The position numbers and the translations under genes were made by a program. Positions 23,566 to 32,622 of a stretch of DNA of 40,627 bases are shown here, one piece after another (positions within the stretch are counted from its first letter, which is position 1; each line of letters opens with the position of its first letter). The notes beneath the pieces are model-generated. The model had not been told where the DNA came from. It was given only the letters and a program-made list of their open reading frames with translations, and did no database searches. Source of the stretch: a virus (Duplodnaviria > Caudoviricetes); the IMG/VR virus record IMGVR_UViG_3300035148_000128, positions 1 to 40,627 of that record, one strand, 5' to 3'.

Positions 23566-26500
23566 TTACAAGCCACCGCCCCTGGGTAGACCTCAGCGAT
23601 GCTCTAGTGTTGCGATAAATCTCAGCAGAACTTAGAGCCTTTGGCGAGGTATTATACTGCGTGTAATTAATAACGTTCGAAGGGGCCGGCTCAAATTTCG
23701 CGTAATAATCAGACCCAGTCTCTGGCAAACGAATCGAATTAGCCTTGGCAAATGATTGACTCGGAGCGATGCGGCTATTCGCAATTTCGGAGTTCATCTG
23801 CCCAATGCCAGCCCTGAAACTCGTGAGATCAACCACTGGCGAGATCGTCGGCGATAGGTTCATGTCCATATTCACCAGCTCTTCAAGACCTGCCAACGAA
23901 CGACGCATGGTCTCGACGGTCCCCTTTCCGACAGATTCTGTAGATTTGTAGACCATTCGTGAATATTTATCAATACCCTGAGTCATGCCCTCGTCGATTC
24001 CCATACCAATCCACTCGAACTTCTTCGACGGAGAGTTAATCCCGAGCCATTCCTTCGCACCATTCCAAGCAGATTTGGCCATATTTACCGCTGCGTCTTT
24101 AACGCGGCTGACGCCTTCAGTAATGCCATTGATTGCGCCCTTGATAAGAGACTCTGCAAGATCCCAGCCTGCGTCCATTAGCTCGCCGCCTCGCTCATTG
24201 ATGGCGTTCGTCAGTCCTCTAATAAACTCGATGACCAAGTTGAAACCAGCATCGATGATTCGATCAATATTGTCTGCTACACCGTCGAGGAACGCTACAA
24301 TAACATCAACGCCGGCAGTAATCATATCAGGAAGCTTCTTCGCGATGCCCTTAAGTACGCTGATAATGATATCTGCGCCGGCTTCCACGACAGATTGAAT
24401 ATTGTTAGCGATGCCCTGCAAGATGGAAATAATGATAGTCATTCCAGACTGCATGATCTCTGGCATTCGAGCCGCGATGCCAGTTAGCGTGCCAACAATG
24501 ATATCCATTCCCGACTGAACGAAGCTAGGCACATGATCTGCAAAAGCTCGAAGTAGATCGTCAATGAGCGTAAGTACAGCATTTACAATGTCTGGAATAA
24601 CAGTCACAAATGCATCAAGCACTGCCTTGATTACTGAAATCGCAGCTTCGCCAATTACGGGGGCGCTTTCGCCAATGATGCGAATAATCTCGATGAAGGC
24701 CTCGCCAAGACCGACAACGGTACCCTTGATGAAGTCTACCAAGATAAGGCTGAACTGCTTCATAGCTTCGACGCCGGCGGAACCAAGCTCAGCAAGCGCG
24801 CCCATGCCCGCAGCCATAAGCATAATCGCCGCGCCCGCAAGCATTGCGCCAGCCCCGATGGCTGCAATCGCCCCGCCAAGGAGCAGAAGAGCCGGAACAA
24901 CAGGCCCGATAAGCAAACCTGCGAGACCCAGCACAGTTAGCGCAGCAGCGATTCCGCCAATAGCAAGCGCGACAGTTGCAATTCCGGCAGCCGCAAAGTG
25001 AAGCAACAGCGGAATAAGCATGCCGAGCGCAGCCGTCACGAGCATCATACCGATGGCGCCCTTTGCTGCCCCGCCCATCAAGCGAACTCCACCGGCGAGA
25101 ATACCCAAGGATCCGCCAAGCGCAATCAGACCAACAGCAACTTGCTCGGGAGTAAGACCGCCCATCATCATGAGAGCTTGAGAAAGCGCAACAATAGCCA
25201 CAGCCACCCCCATAAGGGCCTTTGACTGCTTCCCGAGCTTCTTTGGCATTGTCCGCAACGCCACGCCAATCACAACAAGAGCGGCAGAGATCGAAATCAA
25301 TCCCTGACCGATACTATTAATTTCCATCCCGGCAAATTTCTTAATCGCCTCAGCCATCACAAACATGGCGCCAGAGACCATCAGAATTCCAACTGACATC
25401 CCCATCAAATTCTTCGGCATCAGCTTCAAGGACAACGACATAGAGACCAGCGCCACAGCGACGCCGCCCAAGCCCTTTGCGAGTTCCTTTACGCCCATCT
25501 CCGAGAACATTTGAACAGATTGCGCCAAGATAGCCATAGCACCAGCCATGGCCAGAATGCTGAGACCATTCCGGAGGGACATCTTTCCAGCGTCTGAGAA
25601 CTTAGTAAACAACGCAAGAGAAACCAACAAGGCCGCAACTCCGGCCAGGCCTCGCCCCATTCCAGCCCAGTCAAGTTTCGAAAATAGTTCGACAGACTCA
25701 CCGAGTAGACGAATCGCTCCAGCCAGAACGATCAGGCCTAGGCCGGTACGAACCAAACCCTTCGTCTCTGGCATCAACTTCAAAGTCAACGCTAGCGCCA
25801 ACAAAATGCCAACAAGACCGGTAAGTCCTCTAGCAAGACCTTGCCAATCTAGAGCTGCCAAATTCTGAACGGCATGCGACAGAATAAGAATGGCCGTAGC
25901 CAAAAGAATGAGACCTGCCGCCAACTTTCCCATTCTTTTTGCATCTGCGTCTGGAGAAATCTTTGTCAAGATCAACATGCCAAGGCCAAGCTGCAAGAAC
26001 ATTCCGGTAATGGCAAGCAAGGCCTTTTGAAGTTTGTCAGAATCGATCATTGACAACACGACGATAGAAGCTGCAAGAATTCCGATAGCCATTGCAATCT
26101 TCATCAAAGCGCTTGCCTTAAGTTGACTCTGCATGGCACCGAGGGTGTCAGTCAGCGCGCCAAACATTTCTTGTAGACTTCCAATGAAGTCCTTAAAGAA
26201 ATCAACATTGATCAGGCCGCCATCAAGAAACTTCTTCACAAAATATGCGATCGCCGCAAAGATCCCGACATTCGCGACGTCGATGCCTCGGTCGAACGCC
26301 CCTTCGCCGCTAAAAGTTTCCTTGAGTTTTGTTCCGACGCTACCTAGAAAATCCCCAATCTTATCTACGATCGGCCCTAGTTTCTGCTGTACCTTGTCGA
26401 AGGCATCGCCAACGCCAGCCGCGAAGGCTTCGAGATGGACTCGCACTCCTTCAGTACGAGTTGCTACTCGCCCAATGCCATCCTCAAGTTCTGTTCCTGG

Positions 26501-28102
26501 GTCCGTCCCTAAAGAGTCTTTAACCGAACTTCCAAAGTCTTTGATGGCCTTGATCGGCGCAATGAGTTTGTCGCCCAGTTTATCAAAGAAATTAGCCAAG
26601 CCGTCACCCTTGGTTAGACTCCAAGCCAGATTATTGGCCATATCTCCAAGTTTTGCAGTGAAACCAAGTACTGCTCCCGTGCCGCTAAAGATAGCACCAA
26701 ACAATTTCATGAAGATATCGACAATACCCTTTACAATCTCCCAACCGATACGAAAAAGCGAAAATACTCCCTGGAAGGTTCGCTTAAGATTCAGTGCAGA
26801 CTTGTCGCTAAGTTTCAGTTTCTCTGTAAACTCGCTAAATTTCTTCGTCATGTCATACAATTGCTTGGAGGTTGTTGCTGGGAAAATATTACGGAATGCT
26901 TCGGTAATGGGCTTGACTACCGACATTAGACCATTGAAGGTATTCTTGAGGCCGGCAATCAACTCCGTACGGCCGCCCATGTCTTTCCAACCAGCCAACA
27001 TTTGATTTCTAGCGTCGGCTTGACGGCTCAAAGCCCCGCCAACTACTTCATTAATGCCCGACCAAAGTTCCTTCGCCTCTTCGAAGTCACCGAAAATATG
27101 TTCGAAGGTTTGCGCCCAACCAGATTGCACCGTTTCTTCAAGCGTTCCCATAAGCTGGGATAGAGTCTTAACTTTTGTAGCCGCATCCTTAGCCGTCTGG
27201 GCTTGCGCCATAATACCCTTGATCTGTTTGGCATTATACCCCATAGACTGGAGTTGCTTCTCACTCAGATCGCCTGTAAATTTAGCGAGGGTTTCCGTCA
27301 TAATCTCCGACGTAATCCAACCAGTCGAAAGAGATTCTCGGAAACTTCCTTCCTTCTTGATAAGTTTGTCAACATTCACGCCGTGAACCCGGGCGGTTTC
27401 TTTCAATGAGTTTTGGAATACCTCGCCGCCCATACCTGCGTTTACAACGGAATTCCAGTCCTGAAGTTTAACCGTTCCCGCCGACATTGCTTGAGACAAC
27501 TGATACATCGCAGTCGAAGCCTGCTGCGAGTTCGAACCCGACATCGCGGCGAGGTTTGCAATTCCCTTGATGGAGCCGGTCGAAGTCTTAAGATCGATGC
27601 CTGCGGCCGTGAATGTACCAATATTCTTGGCCATTTCCGAGAAATTATAAATGGTCTGGTCAGAATAATTGTTAAGTTCCTTAAGCGCACCATTAACGTC
27701 TTTTAGTGTACTTCCCTTAGATTGGGTATTTGCCATAATCGTTTGAACAGAATTCAAATTAGTTTCGTACTCTTGAAGTCCTGCGCTGATCGGCGCAATA
27801 GTAAGAGATTTAGCAATTTTGGCGCCAGCATCCATAGCTTTCGTCGTAATGTTATTCAATACACTAAATGCAATTGCGGACATTGCGCTGAATTGCTGTC
27901 CGACGCCTTGAATTCCCGCGTTCAAGGGATTGAAGTTAACCTTGCTTGCGGCGCTGCTAATGTCAGAAAAACCTTTATGCGCATTTTCGAACATTAGCCC
28001 CTTGTTTAGAGTCTTAATCGACTCCATAGTCTGCTTTGTGCCGTGTTCGAATTGCCGATTATCGAACTTTAGTTGGACAACCCTCTCGTCGACTGTACTC
28101 AA
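23555..28102 (-). CDS. Tape measure protein
   Basis: 1515 aa, Ala/Gly-rich helical repeats; tape-measure domain (LNNYSDQTIY...MYQLSQA...QDWNSV); central hydrophobic region. Confidence 0.95.
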   Translation of the reverse strand: MSTVDERVVQLKFDNRQFEHGTKQTMESIKTLNKGLMFENAHKGFSDISSAASKVNFNPLNAGIQGVGQQFSAMSAIAFSVLNNITTKAMDAGAKIAKSLTIAPISAGLQEYETNLNSVQTIMANTQSKGSTLKDVNGALKELNNYSDQTIYNFSEMAKNIGTFTAAGIDLKTSTGSIKGIANLAAMSGSNSQQASTAMYQLSQAMSAGTVKLQDWNSVVNAGMGGEVFQNSLKETARVHGVNVDKLIKKEGSFRESLSTGWITSEIMTETLAKFTGDLSEKQLQSMGYNAKQIKGIMAQAQTAKDAATKVKTLSQLMGTLEETVQSGWAQTFEHIFGDFEEAKELWSGINEVVGGALSRQADARNQMLAGWKDMGGRTELIAGLKNTFNGLMSVVKPITEAFRNIFPATTSKQLYDMTKKFSEFTEKLKLSDKSALNLKRTFQGVFSLFRIGWEIVKGIVDIFMKLFGAIFSGTGAVLGFTAKLGDMANNLAWSLTKGDGLANFFDKLGDKLIAPIKAIKDFGSSVKDSLGTDPGTELEDGIGRVATRTEGVRVHLEAFAAGVGDAFDKVQQKLGPIVDKIGDFLGSVGTKLKETFSGEGAFDRGIDVANVGIFAAIAYFVKKFLDGGLINVDFFKDFIGSLQEMFGALTDTLGAMQSQLKASALMKIAMAIGILAASIVVLSMIDSDKLQKALLAITGMFLQLGLGMLILTKISPDADAKRMGKLAAGLILLATAILILSHAVQNLAALDWQGLARGLTGLVGILLALALTLKLMPETKGLVRTGLGLIVLAGAIRLLGESVELFSKLDWAGMGRGLAGVAALLVSLALFTKFSDAGKMSLRNGLSILAMAGAMAILAQSVQMFSEMGVKELAKGLGGVAVALVSMSLSLKLMPKNLMGMSVGILMVSGAMFVMAEAIKKFAGMEINSIGQGLISISAALVVIGVALRTMPKKLGKQSKALMGVAVAIVALSQALMMMGGLTPEQVAVGLIALGGSLGILAGGVRLMGGAAKGAIGMMLVTAALGMLIPLLLHFAAAGIATVALAIGGIAAALTVLGLAGLLIGPVVPALLLLGGAIAAIGAGAMLAGAAIMLMAAGMGALAELGSAGVEAMKQFSLILVDFIKGTVVGLGEAFIEIIRIIGESAPVIGEAAISVIKAVLDAFVTVIPDIVNAVLTLIDDLLRAFADHVPSFVQSGMDIIVGTLTGIAARMPEIMQSGMTIIISILQGIANNIQSVVEAGADIIISVLKGIAKKLPDMITAGVDVIVAFLDGVADNIDRIIDAGFNLVIEFIRGLTNAINERGGELMDAGWDLAESLIKGAINGITEGVSRVKDAAVNMAKSAWNGAKEWLGINSPSKKFEWIGMGIDEGMTQGIDKYSRMVYKSTESVGKGTVETMRRSLAGLEELVNMDMNLSPTISPVVDLTSFRAGIGQMNSEIANSRIAPSQSFAKANSIRLPETGSDYYAKFEPAPSNVINYTQYNTSPKALSSAEIYRNTRASLRSTQGRWLVNAY

Positions 28103-28476
28103 GCTTTAGTCACCTCCTTCCAGACTTGTTCTGTGACATTCTTAAAAACCTCTTTCATGGCCGGATTTATAAAATCACGCCCAGGAACGTACCCGCCGGT
28201 GCCGGTGCCGTGGCCATGCTGAATCAAAGTAGCGACATTAACACCATTGACGACATTCCGATTCACCCAAGTAATAGAAAATGTCTTTCCAGAGCGTGTC
28301 AACTCATAATCCCAGCAAGACGCCGTCCGGCCAGTGTCTGCCGGCGTTGCAATGGATAGTGCCTGAACGCCAGCTCTGGCGCCGGAAGAAACAACTTCTG
28401 ACGGCTCGAAGCGGCTCATCTTTTGAAGAAAATCCTCTGTCTTCTTAAATGAACCGTGCGATGTTACTGTGATCAT
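28099..28476 (-). CDS. HK97 gp10-like tail completion protein
   Basis: TPADTGRTA...QHGHGT...PGRDFINPA. Confidence 0.7.
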   Translation of the reverse strand: MITVTSHGSFKKTEDFLQKMSRFEPSEVVSSGARAGVQALSIATPADTGRTASCWDYELTRSGKTFSITWVNRNVVNGVNVATLIQHGHGTGTGGYVPGRDFINPAMKEVFKNVTEQVWKEVTKA

Positions 28477-28484
28477 AACGCCTC

Positions 28485-29195
28485 CTAGTCGGCCCAGCGA
28501 AGCGGAACTACCTCCAGTTTCGGATGATTTATAAAATTGGGGCTGGCCGTGTTTCCAAGATATGCTTCAACTTTTACAGTTGTCGTTCCCGCGTTTAACT
28601 TATATGCCTGAGACATACTCATATGGACGGAAAGACCGGCGGAAACAACCCCGGCGAGATACAGAATATTGCCGTTGCTGTACATCGGCCAAGACGAAGT
28701 AGTAACGCCGGCTAGAATGATGGACGCCCGCACTTCACCAGTCGTCGCAAGCCCTAGAGCACTAAGTCTCAAATCCACCCACATAGGCCTCGGCGTGGTG
28801 ACGGTAATAGGTGTCAAAGAAGGCAATTGCGTGCCGGCGCTCGTTGCACTCACGGAAATCTGCCCAACAAAATAAGAAACCATAGGGTCCGGAAGACCGA
28901 AATTCTTATCGACATACGCCTTAGTGGCGACATCGTCGCCCGCTGTAGGACTTGCCGACTTCGACCGTCCTTCCGAGTCACGAACAACTACAGTTCCTGG
29001 CGCGACAGAAACGCTTCCCGGGAGTGAGTTGTCTCCCTTGTCGCCCTTTGGCCCAACAACTACGCCAGCATCGATTGTTGTTCCGTCATGCCTCGACAAG
29101 ATGAGAGAACCACTATCGTCAACGACCGCATCTGTAACGCTCATACCTTCGATAGCCAGCATTCGTTCGGCGGTTAAACTTGTCACGGTAGCCAA
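28485..29195 (-). CDS. Minor tail protein with a short collagen-like stretch
   Basis: GPKGDKGD; DVATKAYVD; beta-rich C-terminus; TTG start. Confidence 0.7.
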   Translation of the reverse strand: MATVTSLTAERMLAIEGMSVTDAVVDDSGSLILSRHDGTTIDAGVVVGPKGDKGDNSLPGSVSVAPGTVVVRDSEGRSKSASPTAGDDVATKAYVDKNFGLPDPMVSYFVGQISVSATSAGTQLPSLTPITVTTPRPMWVDLRLSALGLATTGEVRASIILAGVTTSSWPMYSNGNILYLAGVVSAGLSVHMSMSQAYKLNAGTTTVKVEAYLGNTASPNFINHPKLEVVPLRWAD

Positions 29196-29211
29196 AAGAA
29201 CCCCCTCTTTT

Positions 29212-29907
29212 TCACAATGAACTAATCGTGTAGGAATCGGCGGACAAAATCTTTACAGACGGCCAACTTACCTCGAATAGCGTTGTGTTCATCATTTTAA
29301 CTGCGGAGTCTGGGCCGCTAATCGTAAATTTCCCGTCGCCATAGTCTGTGACTCGTAGAATAGCATGAGATTCAAAAATCTCTTCGACATCGTCAAGGTC
29401 CAGAAACCGCGCGTTGTCGGTATCTGAACCGTATAGACACTTTAGGAGTGTACTCTCAACTTCCGGCTTCAACGCGTCCAGATCAATAAGAATCCGAGGA
29501 CTACGCATCTTAGACGTGTACTGAGTATAATCTACAACACCATCAAAGGTGAAGATACTCGGATCCCTCTGAGTATAATCCGTTTGCTTCTTGCTAAAAA
29601 TGACTCTAGGGATGAGGTGCAATGTGCGGTGGCCCCGCCAGGTATTTTGATATGCTAAGGAAATAGTACTTCGCAGCACATCCATCGGATAGGATAGCGC
29701 AGTTAAAGTTAAAGTAAGTGTTTGATCTGTTCGATATAGAGTTGCGACTTGTCCATCTATATATATGGTGACTTCTGAATCCGTCGTGTTCTCTGAAATA
29801 GTCTGGACACCGTTCCACACAAATCCACGACCATCGGTTGAGAAATATATAACGTTCTTTACTCCGGCGTCAATTGGCGCAGTACTTCCCCAGACGAGTT
29901 TAGTCAT
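29212..29907 (-). CDS. Diverged major-tail-protein paralog
   Basis: LVW...GV...WNGV..ISE pattern shared with the other two tail-tube-like genes. Confidence 0.65.
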   Translation of the reverse strand: MTKLVWGSTAPIDAGVKNVIYFSTDGRGFVWNGVQTISENTTDSEVTIYIDGQVATLYRTDQTLTLTLTALSYPMDVLRSTISLAYQNTWRGHRTLHLIPRVIFSKKQTDYTQRDPSIFTFDGVVDYTQYTSKMRSPRILIDLDALKPEVESTLLKCLYGSDTDNARFLDLDDVEEIFESHAILRVTDYGDGKFTISGPDSAVKMMNTTLFEVSWPSVKILSADSYTISSL

Positions 29908-30542
29908 GCCGCCTCATCAAAAATATCAACAAGTTCGTCGAGTGTTGGAAGACGAGCATCGCCAGCGCTAGAACCATAAAGAATATCATTAATGCGTGCC
30001 AGAGTTGAAGGTACGATCATTCGTGAATCGAGAAGTACGTGCGAGGAAGGAAAATGACCGGCCATCTCTGGGGGCTTAGTCATGACATTCCACGAATATT
30101 GAACTGGAGTAACTTCCGCTCCGATAGTAGTGTGCGTGATCGAAATCGGGGAAGCAAGCGCATTGTACACGAGATGGATTTTATAGCCGAACGTTACACC
30201 ACGCACATCATTCCCGATTCTAGTTCTGTAAGAAAAATCGAATGGGCGGTGAATTTGGTTGGTGAAGTAAACGCCGGGTCGAACCGGAACGATTCCCGCG
30301 CAGGGAAGGAATTCATTTGGCGACGAAAATGCTGTAATTGTCGCGCTGAATGTCTCGGTAGAGGAAATCTGGAGATACTTGTAGCCATCAACAAAAAACT
30401 CTCGGGGTTCGCCAGTGTTTGTCTCCCCAACCGAAATCAATCCATTCCAAGGGACACCGACCCCATTATAGTATAATACCCCGCGATCAACTCCCGTCTC
30501 AAAAAACTTTTCGCCTGTAGCATCCCAAACGATCGCTGTCAT
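29904..30542 (-). CDS. Major-tail-protein paralog
   Basis: WDATGEKFFETGVDRGVLY...WNGL...GYKIHLVYNA...LPT aligns by eye with 31117-31986. Confidence 0.8.
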   Translation of the reverse strand: MTAIVWDATGEKFFETGVDRGVLYYNGVGVPWNGLISVGETNTGEPREFFVDGYKYLQISSTETFSATITAFSSPNEFLPCAGIVPVRPGVYFTNQIHRPFDFSYRTRIGNDVRGVTFGYKIHLVYNALASPISITHTTIGAEVTPVQYSWNVMTKPPEMAGHFPSSHVLLDSRMIVPSTLARINDILYGSSAGDARLPTLDELVDIFDEAA

Positions 30543-30553
30543 GGAACCCCCAT

Positions 30554-31093
30554 TCACCCGCTCGTTCCCAAGCGGGCCCTCCTCTCTGCATTGAGAGCCC
30601 GCTGCTGGTTCGCCATTTCCGCCCTACTCTTGGGCTTAGGCGGAGTATTCTTAACACTACACACTCTAATTAATGTGAGTAGTCTGTTCAGATGCCAATG
30701 CTGGCATTCAAAAGGAATGCCCATGGCTATCATCCAGTAATAGATTAGTTCTGACGTAACAACTTCTCTGGAACGCGGATTTCTATCTTCGGAGAACCAT
30801 GTTGCTGTTTGTTTTGCATTGATGTAGTTGTTTATGTTTGATAGATCTTCCGCAGTTAACGCCTCTACAAACTTTTCATTAGAAATAGGACTACGACACA
30901 TACATCTGATATAAAGTAGAACATCTTCATCTGTCTTTACACCGTTAGACAAGAACGGTTTTTCAGTAATTGCTTCCCATTTTGACACAGAAACCAGAGA
31001 GTGCTCCAACTCAATAGGTTCGCCTTCGGTCATTCGGAATTCATTAGTTGTTTCGTCGTATAGTTCATTACGACCAACGATCAAGCGAAGCAC
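30554..31093 (-). CDS. Tail assembly chaperone
   Basis: Follows the major tail gene; LEHSLVSVSKWE ... SELIYYWM ... WHLNRL; GGAGG RBS with GTG at 31093. Confidence 0.7.
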   Translation of the reverse strand: MLRLIVGRNELYDETTNEFRMTEGEPIELEHSLVSVSKWEAITEKPFLSNGVKTDEDVLLYIRCMCRSPISNEKFVEALTAEDLSNINNYINAKQTATWFSEDRNPRSREVVTSELIYYWMIAMGIPFECQHWHLNRLLTLIRVCSVKNTPPKPKSRAEMANQQRALNAERRARLGTSG

Positions 31094-31116
31094 TCTCTGG
31101 CCTCCGTAGTTCAAAG

Positions 31117-31986
31117 TCAGGCGACCCGATAGAACCAATCCGTGTCAACAATAAGCGGGAACCGGTGCCCAGGCGTAGGCTTGGCGTAGACCATAGTACT
31201 CTTCGTCAAGACGACGTCTCCTGCGGCGACAACGGCGCCATCCATGTAATACTCGACCCCCACAATCGACGGGATGGTCAAAGTCTTCGTACCCTCGACG
31301 TAGGTTGGCGCCGTAGGAATGACCTGAGTCACCGTTCCGCCGAACAGGCCGAGAACCTCCTCTGGAGTGGGAAGCGTCGGGTTCGAATTGCCAGAACCGT
31401 AAAGCATAGTCTCCAGACTAGCAAGCGCCGTAGAATCAACCTTGGTGGAGTCAATCGTCATGGAGGCCGTCGGGCTATAACCCGGCACATCCACAGGAGT
31501 GGTCGTAAGCTCCCAGCTGAAAGTCAAAGCCTCTGGGGAGTCATTAACCGTGCTGTATGCCTTCTCAGAAGGCGCGGCCTGTGCGCCATAAATGAGGTGG
31601 AGCTTGTACCCCAGATCCTGGCCTGCGACGTCATTGCCAACCTTAGTGCGGTAGCACAGACCAAACTGCTTGCGAGGCTGCTGACCAATAACCACGCCAC
31701 GCTCAGGAACTGCCGTGCCATCGCACTCAGAAAACTCTTCCGGATAAGTAAACGCCTCGATGGTCGCGCCAAACTCCTCAGCGCTAATGAGGTTCAGATA
31801 CTTAATGTTGTCCGCATACTGAGGGCTTGCCTCGGCCCCGGACGGAGACTCGGTTACGGTGATAAGACCGTTCCATGCGTAACCCGTGTCGTAAACTCCG
31901 ACAGGGTTCGGAAGGTAGAGCACACCATGGTCCACACCGGTCTCGTAGAAACGAGTACCAGTCTGATCCCAAGTAAGGGCTGCCAT
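31117..31986 (-). CDS. Major tail (tube) protein
   Basis: WDQTGTRFYETGVDHGVLY...YADNIKY...IEAFTYP; C-terminal accessory beta domain; GAGGAGG RBS. Confidence 0.9.
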   Translation of the reverse strand: MAALTWDQTGTRFYETGVDHGVLYLPNPVGVYDTGYAWNGLITVTESPSGAEASPQYADNIKYLNLISAEEFGATIEAFTYPEEFSECDGTAVPERGVVIGQQPRKQFGLCYRTKVGNDVAGQDLGYKLHLIYGAQAAPSEKAYSTVNDSPEALTFSWELTTTPVDVPGYSPTASMTIDSTKVDSTALASLETMLYGSGNSNPTLPTPEEVLGLFGGTVTQVIPTAPTYVEGTKTLTIPSIVGVEYYMDGAVVAAGDVVLTKSTMVYAKPTPGHRFPLIVDTDWFYRVA

Positions 31987-31999
31987 CGTCTATTCCTCC

Positions 32000-32305
32000 T
32001 CAGAAATAGATCGTAAAGATGTCATGGTTTAGATTCTCGGATGTAAAGAAACGACTGAATGAACATAGGGGCAATGCTGCGACACGATCTGGAATTGGAC
32101 TGTCTGGGTTCCGATCGATCACCGTCACCTGATAACGCTTAAGTCTTCGATATGCAAAGTTGTCGGCATACAGCTCGTCAACTAGATCTCTATGGTACAC
32201 GATGCAAGGGTACTCTAGATGCACATTGGCCGGCGGTTGAAAGTAAACATGCTTGCTTCCTAAAGCCTTCTCAAGATCCTTCTGAAGATCGAGGCGTCGG
32301 CCCAT
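32000..32305 (-). CDS. Tail terminator
   Basis: VYFQPP...YPCIVY...YQVTVI; position before the major tail gene. Confidence 0.75.
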   Translation of the reverse strand: MGRRLDLQKDLEKALGSKHVYFQPPANVHLEYPCIVYHRDLVDELYADNFAYRRLKRYQVTVIDRNPDSPIPDRVAALPLCSFSRFFTSENLNHDIFTIYF

Positions 32306-32612
32306 GGTAGACACCTCCCAAACGCAGGATTAGACGAGGAGGCTGAACTTCTACATCACTAACAACCCATAGAGTACCCGCCCACTCAATATACCTAATC
32401 TCATAGAAATTCTTGTCGGCATAAGCGTCGGAAACGATACTAATAGAATTCCCAAACGACAAATTGTCGTGAAGTGTCTCCCCATTTTGAAGCCGGCGTG
32501 TGTTTCTCACTACATCTCCGAAGTAGGAGCGTTCTTCGATGCGATCTTCCCACACGCCGGCTTCAGTTTCCACAGCTTTCCCGTATCCGAGTTTTCCGTG
32601 GAACTTAGTCAT
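32271..32612 (-). CDS. Head-to-tail stopper / head closure protein
   Basis: Follows the capsid gene; beta-rich; YIEWAG..W.V..VEV..PRLIL. Confidence 0.7.
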   Translation of the reverse strand: MTKFHGKLGYGKAVETEAGVWEDRIEERSYFGDVVRNTRRLQNGETLHDNLSFGNSISIVSDAYADKNFYEIRYIEWAGTLWVVSDVEVQPPRLILRLGGVYHGPTPRSSEGS

Positions 32613-32622
32613 TTCGCAACAC

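Noticed and set aside
26133-27005. 290-aa plus-strand ORF
   Set aside because: Antisense shadow of the tape measure gene; Ser/Pro-rich with no motif
31048-32016. 322-aa plus-strand ORF, and the other plus-strand ORFs
   Set aside because: Antisense to well-supported minus-strand genes, with no recognisable domains
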